Below, piece by piece: positions 9,274-18,326 of a DNA stretch of 64,000 nt (position 1 is the stretch's first letter; the number at the start of each line of letters is the position of its first letter). Location of the stretch: the IMG/VR virus record IMGVR_UViG_3300047457_000500, positions 59,488 to 123,487 of that record, one strand, 5' to 3'. Origin of the DNA: a virus. The position numbers were made by a program, and so were the translations under genes. The notes under the pieces were generated by a model. The model did not search any database and was not told where the DNA came from. It saw nothing but the letters and a program-made list of their open reading frames with translations.

Positions 9274-9900
9274 ATGATTAAAGTTTATAAAAATCTAATG
9301 TCCGAAGAAGACAGATTATCTGTTTTAGATGTTATGCAATATTTTGAAGAACCTCTATGGGGTCCTAGCATTTGTACAGATGAACCAGTAAGACAATTGA
9401 GGGACTGGCTGCCTATTTCAGTTCATAAAAAAATGTATTCTGTTCATAAAAAAGTTATACCATTAATAGAAAAAGATTTTAGATTAAGTGAAAGAAATGT
9501 AAAAATAACAAACCCAGAATATTCAGACCTTATGAATACTTCATTTTTAACTATGGATCGAAGAGATCCAGGAATGAGCCTAGGTCCTCATCCAGACATT
9601 CCTACAGGAACATATCAGCCTCATCCAGGAATATCTTTGGGTGGAGGAAGCCCTATCACAATATCAGGTATTTTCTACTGGAATGATGATATTGAAGGCG
9701 GAGAACTTAAGTTTCACGATGACGACGTTGCTATAGAAAGACCAGAGGAATGTGATATTAAATCTCCGTATATCTATAAGCCAGTTGCTGGAGATTTTGT
9801 TGCTTTTGAGTCTAAATATATACATGAAATTCTAGAGGTAAAATCTGGACACAGATATTCGACTCAGTGGTTTTTTGCTAATGAAAATTGGAAAGGCTAG
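9274..9900 (+). CDS. 2OG-Fe(II) oxygenase (prolyl hydroxylase-like)
   Basis: HPD, YWNDDIEGGEL, HEI and RYS motifs. Confidence 0.85.
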   Translation: MIKVYKNLMSEEDRLSVLDVMQYFEEPLWGPSICTDEPVRQLRDWLPISVHKKMYSVHKKVIPLIEKDFRLSERNVKITNPEYSDLMNTSFLTMDRRDPGMSLGPHPDIPTGTYQPHPGISLGGGSPITISGIFYWNDDIEGGELKFHDDDVAIERPEECDIKSPYIYKPVAGDFVAFESKYIHEILEVKSGHRYSTQWFFANENWKG

Positions 9901-10121
9901 TCCTTGTTTTTAATAACAAGGTCATATATAACATTTACTTTTTCCTCAAGCCTATTGACCTGATCTTTTAAACTTGATCCACCATTTGGCTTAAATTGTG
10001 ATTTAATTTCTTCAAAGTAATGTTTTGTTAACCACTTGATTCCATAGCCAACACCTGATAGAATAGTACATATGCCTATTATGATTTCAATTACTAACGC
10101 TGTACCCTGTGTAGCAAACAT
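9897..10121 (-). CDS. Small membrane protein
   Basis: Single TM helix followed by PNGGSSLKDQVNRLE, a motif common in actinophage membrane proteins. Confidence 0.6.
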   Translation of the reverse strand: MFATQGTALVIEIIIGICTILSGVGYGIKWLTKHYFEEIKSQFKPNGGSSLKDQVNRLEEKVNVIYDLVIKNKD

Positions 10122-10154
10122 AACAGGATTAATTATAAGTGGAGTTTTTAAAAA

Positions 10155-11054
10155 ATGAGAACTACTGGAGACAAAATTAGGGGAATTTCTAATTTCTTTA
10201 AAGATGAAATTATAAACGCATCGGACATAGTAAATGCTGACCCAAACGTGGTAAAAAGTCCATTAATATCTAACTCTTCTTTAAGACAAGTATGTTATGA
10301 CTGTACATGTCACGGTGGCCCAGATAACAAAAACATGGAACTTTATGATTTGGACGACATTGTATATAATATAAATAGTTTAGGATACAGGTCAGAAGAG
10401 TTCTCCAAGGAAGATGCACCAAATAACTTTTTGTATATTGGATGTTCTGTAACTTTTGGAGTTGGCCTGCCAGACGATGTAATTTGGCCATACTTTTTAA
10501 ATAAAAAGTTAAATGGAGAAAAAATATTTAACTTAGGAATTAACGGTATATCTACTAATGTAATTACTTATAATATACATAAATATATAAAACAATTTGG
10601 TAAGCCCAAAGCAATTTTTGCCTTGTATCCAAACATTCATAGAACAGAGTCTTTTTTAGATGACAAGTTAAGTATAATACATTTTAAGGAACATGCAGAG
10701 TTAGAGTTTGGACCTAACTTAAAGAATAAAGTGGATATAGCAGCGTTTGCCTTTAGTCAAATAAACACAATAAAGATTTTGGCAGATTATTTAGAATCTA
10801 TAGATATCCCATTTTTTTGGAGCAGTTGGTGGGGTGCGTTTGATAACTATGTACAATATCAAGACAAAGATCTTTTTAAAAATTTTGTAAAGTTTGATCG
10901 TTCGATAGACTTAGATTTAGTCGAACAATATAAAAATCATCACTACTTTAATGTTGCAAGAGACAATCAGCACTTTGGTATATTAGGACATATATCTATA
11001 ACAGAATCATTTTTCGATGCTTGGAAGGAATACAATGAAAAAAGAAATTCTTAA
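10155..11054 (+). CDS. SGNH/GDSL-hydrolase-like protein
   Basis: NSLGYRS, GCSVTFG, NLG..G and terminal D..H motifs. Confidence 0.65.
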   Translation: MRTTGDKIRGISNFFKDEIINASDIVNADPNVVKSPLISNSSLRQVCYDCTCHGGPDNKNMELYDLDDIVYNINSLGYRSEEFSKEDAPNNFLYIGCSVTFGVGLPDDVIWPYFLNKKLNGEKIFNLGINGISTNVITYNIHKYIKQFGKPKAIFALYPNIHRTESFLDDKLSIIHFKEHAELEFGPNLKNKVDIAAFAFSQINTIKILADYLESIDIPFFWSSWWGAFDNYVQYQDKDLFKNFVKFDRSIDLDLVEQYKNHHYFNVARDNQHFGILGHISITESFFDAWKEYNEKRNS

Positions 11055-11808
11055 GACCTTAGAGGGCTTCGACAAAATAATAATATCTCCCGATATGGAT
11101 GGTTTTATTTCGGCGCATTTCGTAAATAGGTTTAACGGCGCAAAGGTAGTTGGGACATATGATTCAAACAAGTTATGTCTTTCCGACGGGGTGAAAGTAG
11201 AAGAGTGCCTGTTCCTCGATTGTGACATAAACAGGCCAGATATAGTCTCGCTTGGAAATCATATGCGACTTATAAATGACAATATGTCTAAAAGATCGTT
11301 CAATCCAAATATTCATTTCGGCGTTACGAACTATAAAGACAAGTATCCATTTGCAACCGCATATCTTTTGGCGTTTGCGCTAGAGATTGAAACATCCCCA
11401 CAAGACATAATACGCATGGCATACGCTGACTCAACACTAAGGAATATGATTTCATACAGCGATAACATGCGAAATTGGTCAGATAAGATGCCTCATCCTT
11501 CTGTTAGATATGTGATCAACAACACAGAATATTCTAAAGCCCTGGATGACAATATAAGAGTCGAATACGGAAATGATCAATCATTTACCTCTTGGCGTTT
11601 TGGAAAAGAGCGGTATATGAAAACAATCAATGAAGCCCTAGTAAAAGAAAATGTTTCACATGAAACATTGACTACTGGTATAAAATATATTAAGGACAAG
11701 GTTGGGTATAATACTGTTAAGAGATATATGAATGATATTTTCTCATATGCAGAAACATATCAGGGAGAATACTCAGTAACATATATGGAGGAAACCGAAT
11801 GGAAATAG
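11035..11808 (+). CDS. DHH phosphoesterase-like protein
   Basis: SPDMDG, FLDCD, GNH and ADS motifs. Confidence 0.5.
   Translation: MKKEILKTLEGFDKIIISPDMDGFISAHFVNRFNGAKVVGTYDSNKLCLSDGVKVEECLFLDCDINRPDIVSLGNHMRLINDNMSKRSFNPNIHFGVTNYKDKYPFATAYLLAFALEIETSPQDIIRMAYADSTLRNMISYSDNMRNWSDKMPHPSVRYVINNTEYSKALDDNIRVEYGNDQSFTSWRFGKERYMKTINEALVKENVSHETLTTGIKYIKDKVGYNTVKRYMNDIFSYAETYQGEYSVTYMEETEWK
11652..11667. promoter_or_regulatory. parS-like palindrome TGTTTCACATGAAACA
   Basis: One mismatch from the bacterial parS consensus TGTTTCACGTGAAACA; lies inside a CDS. Confidence 0.35.
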
Positions 11809-12023
11809 TACCAGGGTTTGGAGATAAAAAAGATGTTAAGGTTTGGGATTTAATTAATCCTAATAAACCAAGAAGTGAGCAGGAAGAAGCCCAACGAAGG
11901 CTAGATATCTGTATGTCTTGTGAGCACCTAAACAAGCGTATGGTAAAATGTAATAAGTGTGGTTGTTTTATGAAATTAAAAACAACACTGCAAGGAGCAA
12001 AATGTCCAATAGGAAAGTGGTGA
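11799..12023 (+). CDS. Small Cys-rich protein (DUF6171-like)
   Basis: RLDICMSC...C..CGCFM..K......CP.GKW pattern. Confidence 0.65.
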   Translation: MEIVPGFGDKKDVKVWDLINPNKPRSEQEEAQRRLDICMSCEHLNKRMVKCNKCGCFMKLKTTLQGAKCPIGKW

Positions 12024-12026
12024 AAT

Positions 12027-12215
12027 ATGTATAGAGAAGAAGGCGTTGCGTTGATGACAAAGACGGTAAACGAGTACAATAGAAGAATGGCTGCAAACGC
12101 AGGTGTTCCAATGGACCAAGTAGAGTCCGTATTGGCACAACAGCAAGAACAGTTGAACGCTGTTAATGGGATGCTGTTTGACACTTTGAAGGAAAACGGA
12201 TATATTCGTGACTAA
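12027..12215 (+). CDS. Hypothetical protein
   Basis: Operon-coupled ORF. Confidence 0.55.
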   Translation: MYREEGVALMTKTVNEYNRRMAANAGVPMDQVESVLAQQQEQLNAVNGMLFDTLKENGYIRD

Positions 12216-12807
12216 TAGTTCTTTATTCTCTGAGTTTGAGCCTATTGTTATTAACAATGTTTTCAGCGAAGAAGAGATTAAAGAAATTTATGATTCCCGC
12301 TCCAAAAGTGAGAATCTTTTGGTTGATGCTAGTTGTGGCTACATAACTAATACAAAACCATTTAGCGAAAATATTAGGAAAAAGATTGTGCAGATTGTTC
12401 AAGACAATGTGCCGATAAAAGTTAAAGAGTGGGGCAATCATATGCCTAGGTATACTTTGGAATCCAATAGCAAGCCTAGGCTTCATCCCCATTATGATGT
12501 AGGGTTAGATCAAGCATCGTTTACTTTAAGTATTCAACTTGATCATACCTTACCTTGGACAGTTTATGTTGGACATCAAGGATATGATATTCCAAGAAAT
12601 ACCGCTGTCCTGTTCTCTGGATCACACCAAATACATTGGAGACCAGATATAGAGTTTGGGCCAAATGATTATTACGACATTATAGTTGCCCAAGTTGTAG
12701 AAGATACAGAAAACCCACTTGTGCTAGACGATACTCATAGAGAGCATATGTCAAACCAAGTGGGTTCTTTTGTTGCTAAGTATTTTACTTCACAATCGGG
12801 AAATTAG
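12208..12807 (+). CDS. 2OG-Fe(II) oxygenase-like protein (HWRP subfamily)
   Basis: PRLHPHYD, FTLSIQLD and FSGSHQIHWRP motifs. Confidence 0.75.
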   Translation: MTNSSLFSEFEPIVINNVFSEEEIKEIYDSRSKSENLLVDASCGYITNTKPFSENIRKKIVQIVQDNVPIKVKEWGNHMPRYTLESNSKPRLHPHYDVGLDQASFTLSIQLDHTLPWTVYVGHQGYDIPRNTAVLFSGSHQIHWRPDIEFGPNDYYDIIVAQVVEDTENPLVLDDTHREHMSNQVGSFVAKYFTSQSGN

Positions 12808-13057
12808 CCCTCTTAAGTGCATCCTTTAATGGTGGATCTAGTTCATCATACTTCTTGTCAATTACCCGCCCATCATTAGAATTAATGTGAACAATTTCAG
12901 TCTTTCTTAGTTGTGTGTTATCAGATGGATCTGCAAATGTTTTTAGAACAATAAGATAATCGCAAAAATCCTTAAAAATAAAGTCCTTTGCTTGAGCATT
13001 TCCGTCTTGAGTTGTATACCAATCAGTCTCTACAAAACTCATTTTTTCTAGTGCCAT
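12785..13057 (-). CDS. Hypothetical protein
   Basis: AGGAGG RBS upstream. Confidence 0.55.
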   Translation of the reverse strand: MALEKMSFVETDWYTTQDGNAQAKDFIFKDFCDYLIVLKTFADPSDNTQLRKTEIVHINSNDGRVIDKKYDELDPPLKDALKRANFPIVK

Positions 13058-13112
13058 GGTGGCCTCCTATCTTCTTTAAAAGTATACCATAATCATATGT
13101 TATAATCTTTAT

Positions 13113-13799
13113 ATGGCAAATATCGATCCTTTAGTACCGCACACAGAGAAGCATTTCTTTACTGATGAAGAATACGGCATGATTTATGACACAATAAAAA
13201 AGACTATCGATCTTGGTGTTGCTGAAGCAAACGATCCATGGTTACATTTCCGTAAAAACACAAATAATGGATTTTTAGTTATATTCTTTAGTGAGCGTCG
13301 CAATGGACCACTACCAGGATTGCCTAAGCAAGTAGAAGATAAGATTAGACAAAAGTTTGAAGAGAAAACAGGTGGACCTGTAGATCACATAGGTGTATTG
13401 TGGGCTAGATATACGCCATTGAGTGGAGAGATTCCATCTTTATACCCGCACCAAGATAGATCAGAAACACATACAGCGTATATGTTTACAATTGAATTAG
13501 ATAAAACTCTTGATTGGGACTTCTATGTTGAAGATGAAAAGTTCCAAATGGAAAAAAACCAAGCAGTGTGGTTCTCTGGTACAAACCAAGCACACTGGAG
13601 ACCAGATAGACATTTTGGTGAAGAAGATTATTATGACATCTTGTTATGTCAAACACATCATGGAGAAGATGACAATCCTTTATCTGAAGAACATTATTTA
13701 GATGGAGACGATCATGCTACTGAGGTTGCCCAGAAGTATGCTCATCTTCTACCCGAAACACTTTTGAAAGCATCTCGCCTTCAGGGTCCCTGCCAGTAG
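13113..13799 (+). CDS. 2OG-Fe(II) oxygenase-like protein (HWRP subfamily)
   Basis: LYPHQD and FSGTNQAHWRP motifs; leaderless promoter TGTTATAAT. Confidence 0.75.
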   Translation: MANIDPLVPHTEKHFFTDEEYGMIYDTIKKTIDLGVAEANDPWLHFRKNTNNGFLVIFFSERRNGPLPGLPKQVEDKIRQKFEEKTGGPVDHIGVLWARYTPLSGEIPSLYPHQDRSETHTAYMFTIELDKTLDWDFYVEDEKFQMEKNQAVWFSGTNQAHWRPDRHFGEEDYYDILLCQTHHGEDDNPLSEEHYLDGDDHATEVAQKYAHLLPETLLKASRLQGPCQ

Positions 13800-13880
13800 T
13801 GTGATCTTTTTCTGATCTACAACTGCATCCATCACAACAAAAATCTGAAAAAATTTTGAATGCCAAACTATTATTTTCTG

Positions 13881-14042
13881 TCATATTGAAGTCCATCCTT
13901 GTGCTGTAGCCTTTCCGCTTGCTATCCAGTCACGATGTAACTCATGCTGAAAAGTCCAATTGGTCTCATGTGTATCCCGCCCACAATTATGGCAAAAATC
14001 TGAATTTATATCTTTATACACATGATCACAATATTTAGACAT
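13881..14042 (-). CDS. Small Cys/His protein (53 aa, MSKYCDHVY...CHNCG...)
   Basis: Manual translation; TGGTATAAT lies 6 nt upstream of the ATG. Confidence 0.55.
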   Translation of the reverse strand: MSKYCDHVYKDINSDFCHNCGRDTHETNWTFQHELHRDWIASGKATAQGWTSI

Positions 14043-14180
14043 AAAACCATTATACCAAAAATCTGAATTTTTTTCTTAAATGTACGATACATAATATATA
14101 AAAATAAAACAAAAAAAAATAGTGAGCACATATTTAGCGATCAAAATATATGTGCCCACTAGTAGGGGAAGGTTTTATTC

Positions 14181-14372
14181 CTATACTGGTACTTCCATTT
14201 TTCCAAATAGCCACCCGTTGTGTATTCCAATGAGTGGTGCGTCTATACAAACCGCATAACCTATTGGCAAAGAGTCTGAGAATGTAGAAATAAAAGTTTC
14301 TACTGTTTCCTTGTTAGGGAGATTTATTGTCTTAGTTTCTCCGTTAGTTGTTGTTAGTCTGATTGGTATCAT
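14181..14372 (-). CDS. Early-region hypothetical protein
   Basis: AGGAG RBS; last gene of the leftward early operon. Confidence 0.6.
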   Translation of the reverse strand: MIPIRLTTTNGETKTINLPNKETVETFISTFSDSLPIGYAVCIDAPLIGIHNGWLFGKMEVPV

Positions 14373-14495
14373 TGTTATTTTCTCCTAGTTCTATTTTATA
14401 CCTTGTTTTGTAATGGCTTCTATCATAGTTGGCAATAGTACCATATTTCTTGATGTGTGCGAGTCTTTTTAGTTGTTCCTCGCTATACCCTGCCA

Positions 14496-14606
14496 CTATT
14501 CAACACACTCGCAAGGTTCTACCGCATAGTCATTTTCATCACCAATAAAAATAACTCCTTGTCCATAGCATGATGAGCAATCTATAATTTGTACTGAGTT
14601 TATCAT
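14496..14606 (-). CDS. Small zinc-finger protein (CSSCYGQG...CEC)
   Basis: Manual translation; GAAAGGA RBS; similar to 17295..17504. Confidence 0.6.
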   Translation of the reverse strand: MINSVQIIDCSSCYGQGVIFIGDENDYAVEPCECVE

Positions 14607-14628
14607 TTCTTATCCTTTCGTTTCAATA

Positions 14629-14651
14629 ATCTTAGCATAGGGCACTGACAA
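14629..14651 (-). promoter_or_regulatory. PafBC/RecA-NDp-type promoter TTGTCAGTG-N8-TAAGAT
   Basis: Matches the mycobacterial tTGTCRgtg-N8-TAnnnT motif. Confidence 0.6.
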
Positions 14652-14654
14652 GGG

Positions 14655-14831
14655 TTAGCCTTGCCAATGTTGAGAGTCATCACCCTCATCTACTCTAACA
14701 GTTTCGATAGTGTAGCCCCAACGGACTAGGCTATCTAGCAAGTCATTTATTTGATACTCGCTAACCATGAGGCGATTTACTACCTCTACTAGTGTGCCGT
14801 CTTTTTCGGCTGTATAACTTAAAGTTTTCAT
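14655..14831 (-). CDS. Early-region hypothetical protein (58 aa)
   Basis: Manual translation MKTLSYTAEKDG...; AGAAAGGA RBS. Confidence 0.6.
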   Translation of the reverse strand: MKTLSYTAEKDGTLVEVVNRLMVSEYQINDLLDSLVRWGYTIETVRVDEGDDSQHWQG

Positions 14832-14850
14832 TTTCTAATCCTTTCTAAAA

Positions 14851-14967
14851 TTAGTGCTTAGAGCAATCGTGAGTTTTGTAAACTTGGAAACCCCATACTG
14901 GGCAAACCTTGTAATCTGCTGGGTTCACTATCATGTAATCGTTTCTGCTTTCGTAAATTGTGTTCAT
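14851..14967 (-). CDS. Early-region hypothetical protein (38 aa)
   Basis: Manual translation MNTIYESRNDY...; AGAAAGGA RBS. Confidence 0.55.
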   Translation of the reverse strand: MNTIYESRNDYMIVNPADYKVCPVWGFQVYKTHDCSKH

Positions 14968-15002
14968 TTACTTATCCTTTCTTTTTCTATCTTTCTAGGA
15001 GT

Positions 15003-15025
15003 ATCCTAACACCTACCACTGACAT
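15003..15025 (-). promoter_or_regulatory. PafBC/RecA-NDp-type promoter ATGTCAGTG-N8-TAGGAT
   Basis: A 25-bp identical copy occurs at 15322-15346. Confidence 0.6.
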
Positions 15026-15063
15026 TTTGGGGTGTCTGTGGGGTGTGTCCCCTGTGATGTGTA

Positions 15064-15276
15064 TCACTCGAAGAATACAGCACCTCTAACATTTTTGTGA
15101 TTTACACAAACATTTCCACGAGGGATTTCCACATGGCATTTGAAGCATAGCATTTTGACTTCTGCTTTTGTAACTATTGCTAATTCTAAATCTAGCAATT
15201 CGCTACTAGTAGCATTTTCTAACGATACCCAACCAGCACCGTTTTCATCTAATCTAAACATTTCTAATGTAGCCAT
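15064..15276 (-). CDS. Early-region small Cys/His protein
   Basis: AGAAAGG RBS; CFKC...CVNH. Confidence 0.6.
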   Translation of the reverse strand: MATLEMFRLDENGAGWVSLENATSSELLDLELAIVTKAEVKMLCFKCHVEIPRGNVCVNHKNVRGAVFFE

Positions 15277-15324
15277 TTTGTGACCACCTTTCTTTCTAAT
15301 CTAAAACTTATCTTGATACCTAGT

Positions 15325-15627
15325 ATCCTAACACCTACCACTGACAAATTGGGGGTAACAATTCGGACATTTGGTATATTTGGGATTGTGAGTTACCTCA
15401 CATTTTTTAGGCCACTATTTATTTTTTATAGGAGTATCCTAACATATAAATCTAAAAAAGTCAACACGACACGCCGTATTTCTAGATAACATTTTCATAA
15501 CGACACGCCCGACAGCGTCGGCAAATGTCCGTTTTGTCCGATTTACGTTTATGTGATTATGCTCACAAAAATAAATCCCCGACACGCCCGAAAAACAGGC
15601 TAATTTGTCAGTCCCCCCTGTTAGAAT
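15325..15627. promoter_or_regulatory. Divergent early control region with PafBC-type promoters, CRP-like boxes and CGACACGCC boxes
   Basis: TTGTCAGT-type promoters at 15325-15347 (-) and 15605-15627 (+); TGTGA-N6-TCACA at 15387-15402 and 15552-15567; CGACACGCC at 15467, 15501 and 15580. Confidence 0.7.
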
Positions 15628-15661
15628 ACTAGTATTAGAAAATAAAGAAAGGTGGTCTAAA

Positions 15662-15841
15662 ATGACTACACTAAGAGAAATAGAAAATCTAGGCTTTTGC
15701 CTAACCGATAATATCTGTGTGTTTTGCTCACACACTATGGACGGGTGGGATCGTGTATGCGTACCCTGTAACGAATATAAAGGCGTGATGAATATCGTTT
15801 CCGCCGTAGGCTACTATGGGAAAGATATTCTTCCCGTGTGA
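15662..15841 (+). CDS. Small zinc-finger protein
   Basis: CVFC...CVPC; AGAAAGG RBS supports the 15662 start. Confidence 0.6.
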   Translation: MTTLREIENLGFCLTDNICVFCSHTMDGWDRVCVPCNEYKGVMNIVSAVGYYGKDILPV

Positions 15842-15911
15842 GCCACCTCACAAAAATAAATAAAATCTAACGGCGTGTCGCCTTGAAAATGTCAGCCAAA
15901 AATGCTAAAAT
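15837..15911 (+). promoter_or_regulatory. Composite promoter: CRP-like box, CGGCGTGTCG, TTGAAA-N17-TAAAAT with an internal TGTCAG
   Basis: Read directly from the sequence; the architecture is repeated at 16919-16998. Confidence 0.65.
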
Positions 15912-15943
15912 TACAGAGTAATAAAATGAAAGAAGGTAAAAAT

Positions 15944-16144
15944 ATGTCAGCAAATGTGTATCCAATCCAAGCCCTACTAATTGGTAAGGCTTATCGCTCT
16001 CGCTCTATTCAGGGAATTATTGAGGACGCAGAGCCTCGCCCTAATGTATGGTATAAAGGCGCAGATGCCTACGCCGTTCGTGTTCGTCCTGTAAATGGTG
16101 CTCGTGATGAATGGCGCACTCTAGCCGTAAAGGTTGGTGAGTAA
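15944..16144 (+). CDS. Small SH3-like early protein
   Basis: Paralog of 17029..17244 (LL.G..Y...G.I..AE.R..VW....AYA.R). Confidence 0.6.
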   Translation: MSANVYPIQALLIGKAYRSRSIQGIIEDAEPRPNVWYKGADAYAVRVRPVNGARDEWRTLAVKVGE

Positions 16145-16254
16145 TGAAACTAGATGAATTCAAAGCCTATATTGAGGCACAGCGCAAAGCGCAACAATTG
16201 ACAAACTTAGAGAAAATCGCTAAAATTATAACAACAGAAAAGAAAGGTAACTAA
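16144..16254 (+). CDS. Small hypothetical protein (36 aa, MKLDEFKAYIEAQRK...)
   Basis: TAATG coupling; manual translation. Confidence 0.5.
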   Translation: MKLDEFKAYIEAQRKAQQLTNLEKIAKIITTEKKGN

Positions 16255-16258
16255 ATAA

Positions 16259-16522
16259 ATGACTACTACTAATTACACAGACTATAAATTTTCCGTCAAT
16301 GGCGTAAAGTTTATTTCAAGAATAAATGCTAACTCTCCATTCGCAGGCTCTCTCGCAAAACTTCCTTCGCAGGTTGTTATCGATATGAATGTTCAAGCCG
16401 TAACGGAATTAGTTGGTGACGCTTCTAAATTTACTCGTGATGAGTTATTGGAAGAATTAGAAAGAGTAAATGACGGCGGAACTCATGCATTCATTCTACT
16501 AGATGAAGAGGTGAGTGCATGA
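16259..16522 (+). CDS. Early-region hypothetical protein
   Basis: AGAAAGG RBS. Confidence 0.6.
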   Translation: MTTTNYTDYKFSVNGVKFISRINANSPFAGSLAKLPSQVVIDMNVQAVTELVGDASKFTRDELLEELERVNDGGTHAFILLDEEVSA

Positions 16523-16710
16523 GCCTAACAAAAACACACTTCAAGGCTATCGCCTCAATTCTAAATGATGTCAAAGAAGAAATTCATCCGCAAGTCTATG
16601 AGGATTTAGTAGAAGGATTTTCAACTTATTTCGGAACAAAAAACGAAATGTTCGATAAAGCAAAATTTGAAACCGCTTGCGGTGTTGATGAGTTAGGAAT
16701 AATTGCATGA
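16519..16710 (+). CDS. Early-region hypothetical protein
   Basis: MxxTKxHFxxIA...NxxFD..KF..AC motif, common in phage early genes. Confidence 0.65.
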   Translation: MSLTKTHFKAIASILNDVKEEIHPQVYEDLVEGFSTYFGTKNEMFDKAKFETACGVDELGIIA

Positions 16711-16896
16711 TTAGATTTCTAACTACACTTGTTCAAATTGGTTTAGTTCTTTCAATTTATTTTATAATAAAACTTGCCAAAGAATAAAATCAAATTTTCA
16801 AAATGTGAAATCTGCGGTAGAATTTTTATCGCAGATCTAAAATGTTTTGTGTGTGCTGCTAAACAATAGTTGAAATTTCAACAAGTTGCCGACCAC

Positions 16897-16917
16897 TTAT
16901 CCACAGGGTTATCCACA
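16897..16917 (+). promoter_or_regulatory. Two tandem perfect DnaA boxes (TTATCCACA x2)
   Basis: At 16897-16905 and 16909-16917, 3-nt spacer, intergenic. Confidence 0.6.
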
Positions 16918-17028
16918 ATGTGAATTACGTTACAATAAAAAAATTTCCCAGATTTTACGGCGTGTCGTTTTGATTTTGTCAGTCCTAGATGATAGGATTA
17001 CAGAGTAATAAAATGAAAGGAAAACTAA

Positions 17029-17244
17029 ATGAGAAGTTACTCTATTGAAGATTTGTTGGTAGGGCAATACTATAAGCCTACCTCTCTAGCCCGTAGATTT
17101 ATGGGGGGAGAAATAAATTTTGCTGAAAAGCGTGATGATGTTTGGGTAGGCACAGACTATCAAGCCTACGCAATTCGTTATCGTGTTGGACAGTCCCTAA
17201 AGACTGATTGGGCTACTATTGCCGTTCGTGTGTCTGATTTGTAA
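17029..17244 (+). CDS. Small SH3-like early protein
   Basis: Paralog of 15944..16144; both leaders share attacagagtaataaaatgaaag. Confidence 0.65.
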   Translation: MRSYSIEDLLVGQYYKPTSLARRFMGGEINFAEKRDDVWVGTDYQAYAIRYRVGQSLKTDWATIAVRVSDL

Positions 17245-17294
17245 ATGTCAGACCAATATGCTAAGATTTCAGTATCAAAAGAAAGGATATAAAA

Positions 17295-17504
17295 ATGGAT
17301 AAATTGGAATACGCACTACGCACTATCGCTAATTGCGATTTGTGTTATGGTCAAGGTTATAATGGTTGGGCTATTGGCGAGGACTATGATATGGAGGATT
17401 GTATTTGTAATCCTTATGGTCTAATCCTTGAAAATGGCGAAGTTATTTTTGATAATGGCTTACTAAGTGAGCCTGAACTATTCACAACGCAGGAGGCTTA
17501 CTAA
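17295..17504 (+). CDS. Small zinc-finger protein
   Basis: CDLCYGQG...CIC; has its own PafBC-type promoter at 17245-17267. Confidence 0.65.
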   Translation: MDKLEYALRTIANCDLCYGQGYNGWAIGEDYDMEDCICNPYGLILENGEVIFDNGLLSEPELFTTQEAY

Positions 17505-17505
17505 T

Positions 17506-17790
17506 ATGGGAAGTAATTTTGCTAATGATTTGGCTTTGGCTGATAATCTAACTATTGAAACTCAGATTGAAATACACCTGAAGTCTAATCACTATCCACC
17601 CGTTCCGTCTTTCATGGTGCCTACTTGTATTGAGGCTATTGACGCTGTAAATGACGCAGGGCTTTGGCACTTAGAAATACCTCTACCTGAAGGGGTATTG
17701 TATAAGGGTAATTTGACTACCGCACCAGCACACGCTATTATTGACCAACACCACCTTGAAGCGTGGCTTATTGAAAGAGAGGAATACTAA
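17506..17790 (+). CDS. Early-region hypothetical protein
   Basis: MGSNFAND start with AGGAGG RBS; HL.SNHYPPVP motif. Confidence 0.65.
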   Translation: MGSNFANDLALADNLTIETQIEIHLKSNHYPPVPSFMVPTCIEAIDAVNDAGLWHLEIPLPEGVLYKGNLTTAPAHAIIDQHHLEAWLIEREEY

Positions 17791-18001
17791 AATGGAATAC
17801 AACTATGTTCTAACAACTTACTATGACGGAGAATTATTTTCTACTCATAGAATTAGCGACTTCATGGAAGCGCATGAGGCGTGGGCTAAATGTGTAGACT
17901 ACGGCAACGCTACCATGTTCGCAACTTATAATCTTACAGACCCAACAGGTAAAATGTATACAAAAAACTTTTATTCTGATGGCAGAGTAGAGATTAGATA
18001 A
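17791..18001 (+). CDS. Early-region hypothetical protein
   Basis: Probable start MEYNY just after the previous stop; GAGGA RBS. Start coordinate is approximate. Confidence 0.55.
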
Positions 18002-18229
18002 ATGTCTGCTACAATAAATGACATGGAACTAGTATTCGCTGATTATCTTTTGCCAAACCAATTGGCAGAAGGTGATCTAGTAAAGATTGAAGATCAATTT
18101 GTAACAGTAAAAACAATCATGGAAGCAAGTAATGGTTATCATTTAGTTTTGCTTGATGACTTTGATGATGAAGTTGAAGCATTTGTTTTAGATGATGACA
18201 AAATTGAATGGTACGTTTTTGTAGAGTAA
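18002..18229 (+). CDS. Small acidic SH3-like protein
   Basis: QLAEGDLVKI...VTVKTI beta-barrel pattern. Confidence 0.55.
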   Translation: MSATINDMELVFADYLLPNQLAEGDLVKIEDQFVTVKTIMEASNGYHLVLLDDFDDEVEAFVLDDDKIEWYVFVE

Positions 18230-18326
18230 AAGTGCCCGACTCGATTTGCACTAAATGTCCGTTTTACGTAGTTTGTTAAGAACCTCCCTATTTGATTTTC
18301 TAATATTTTTATGATATTATTATTTC

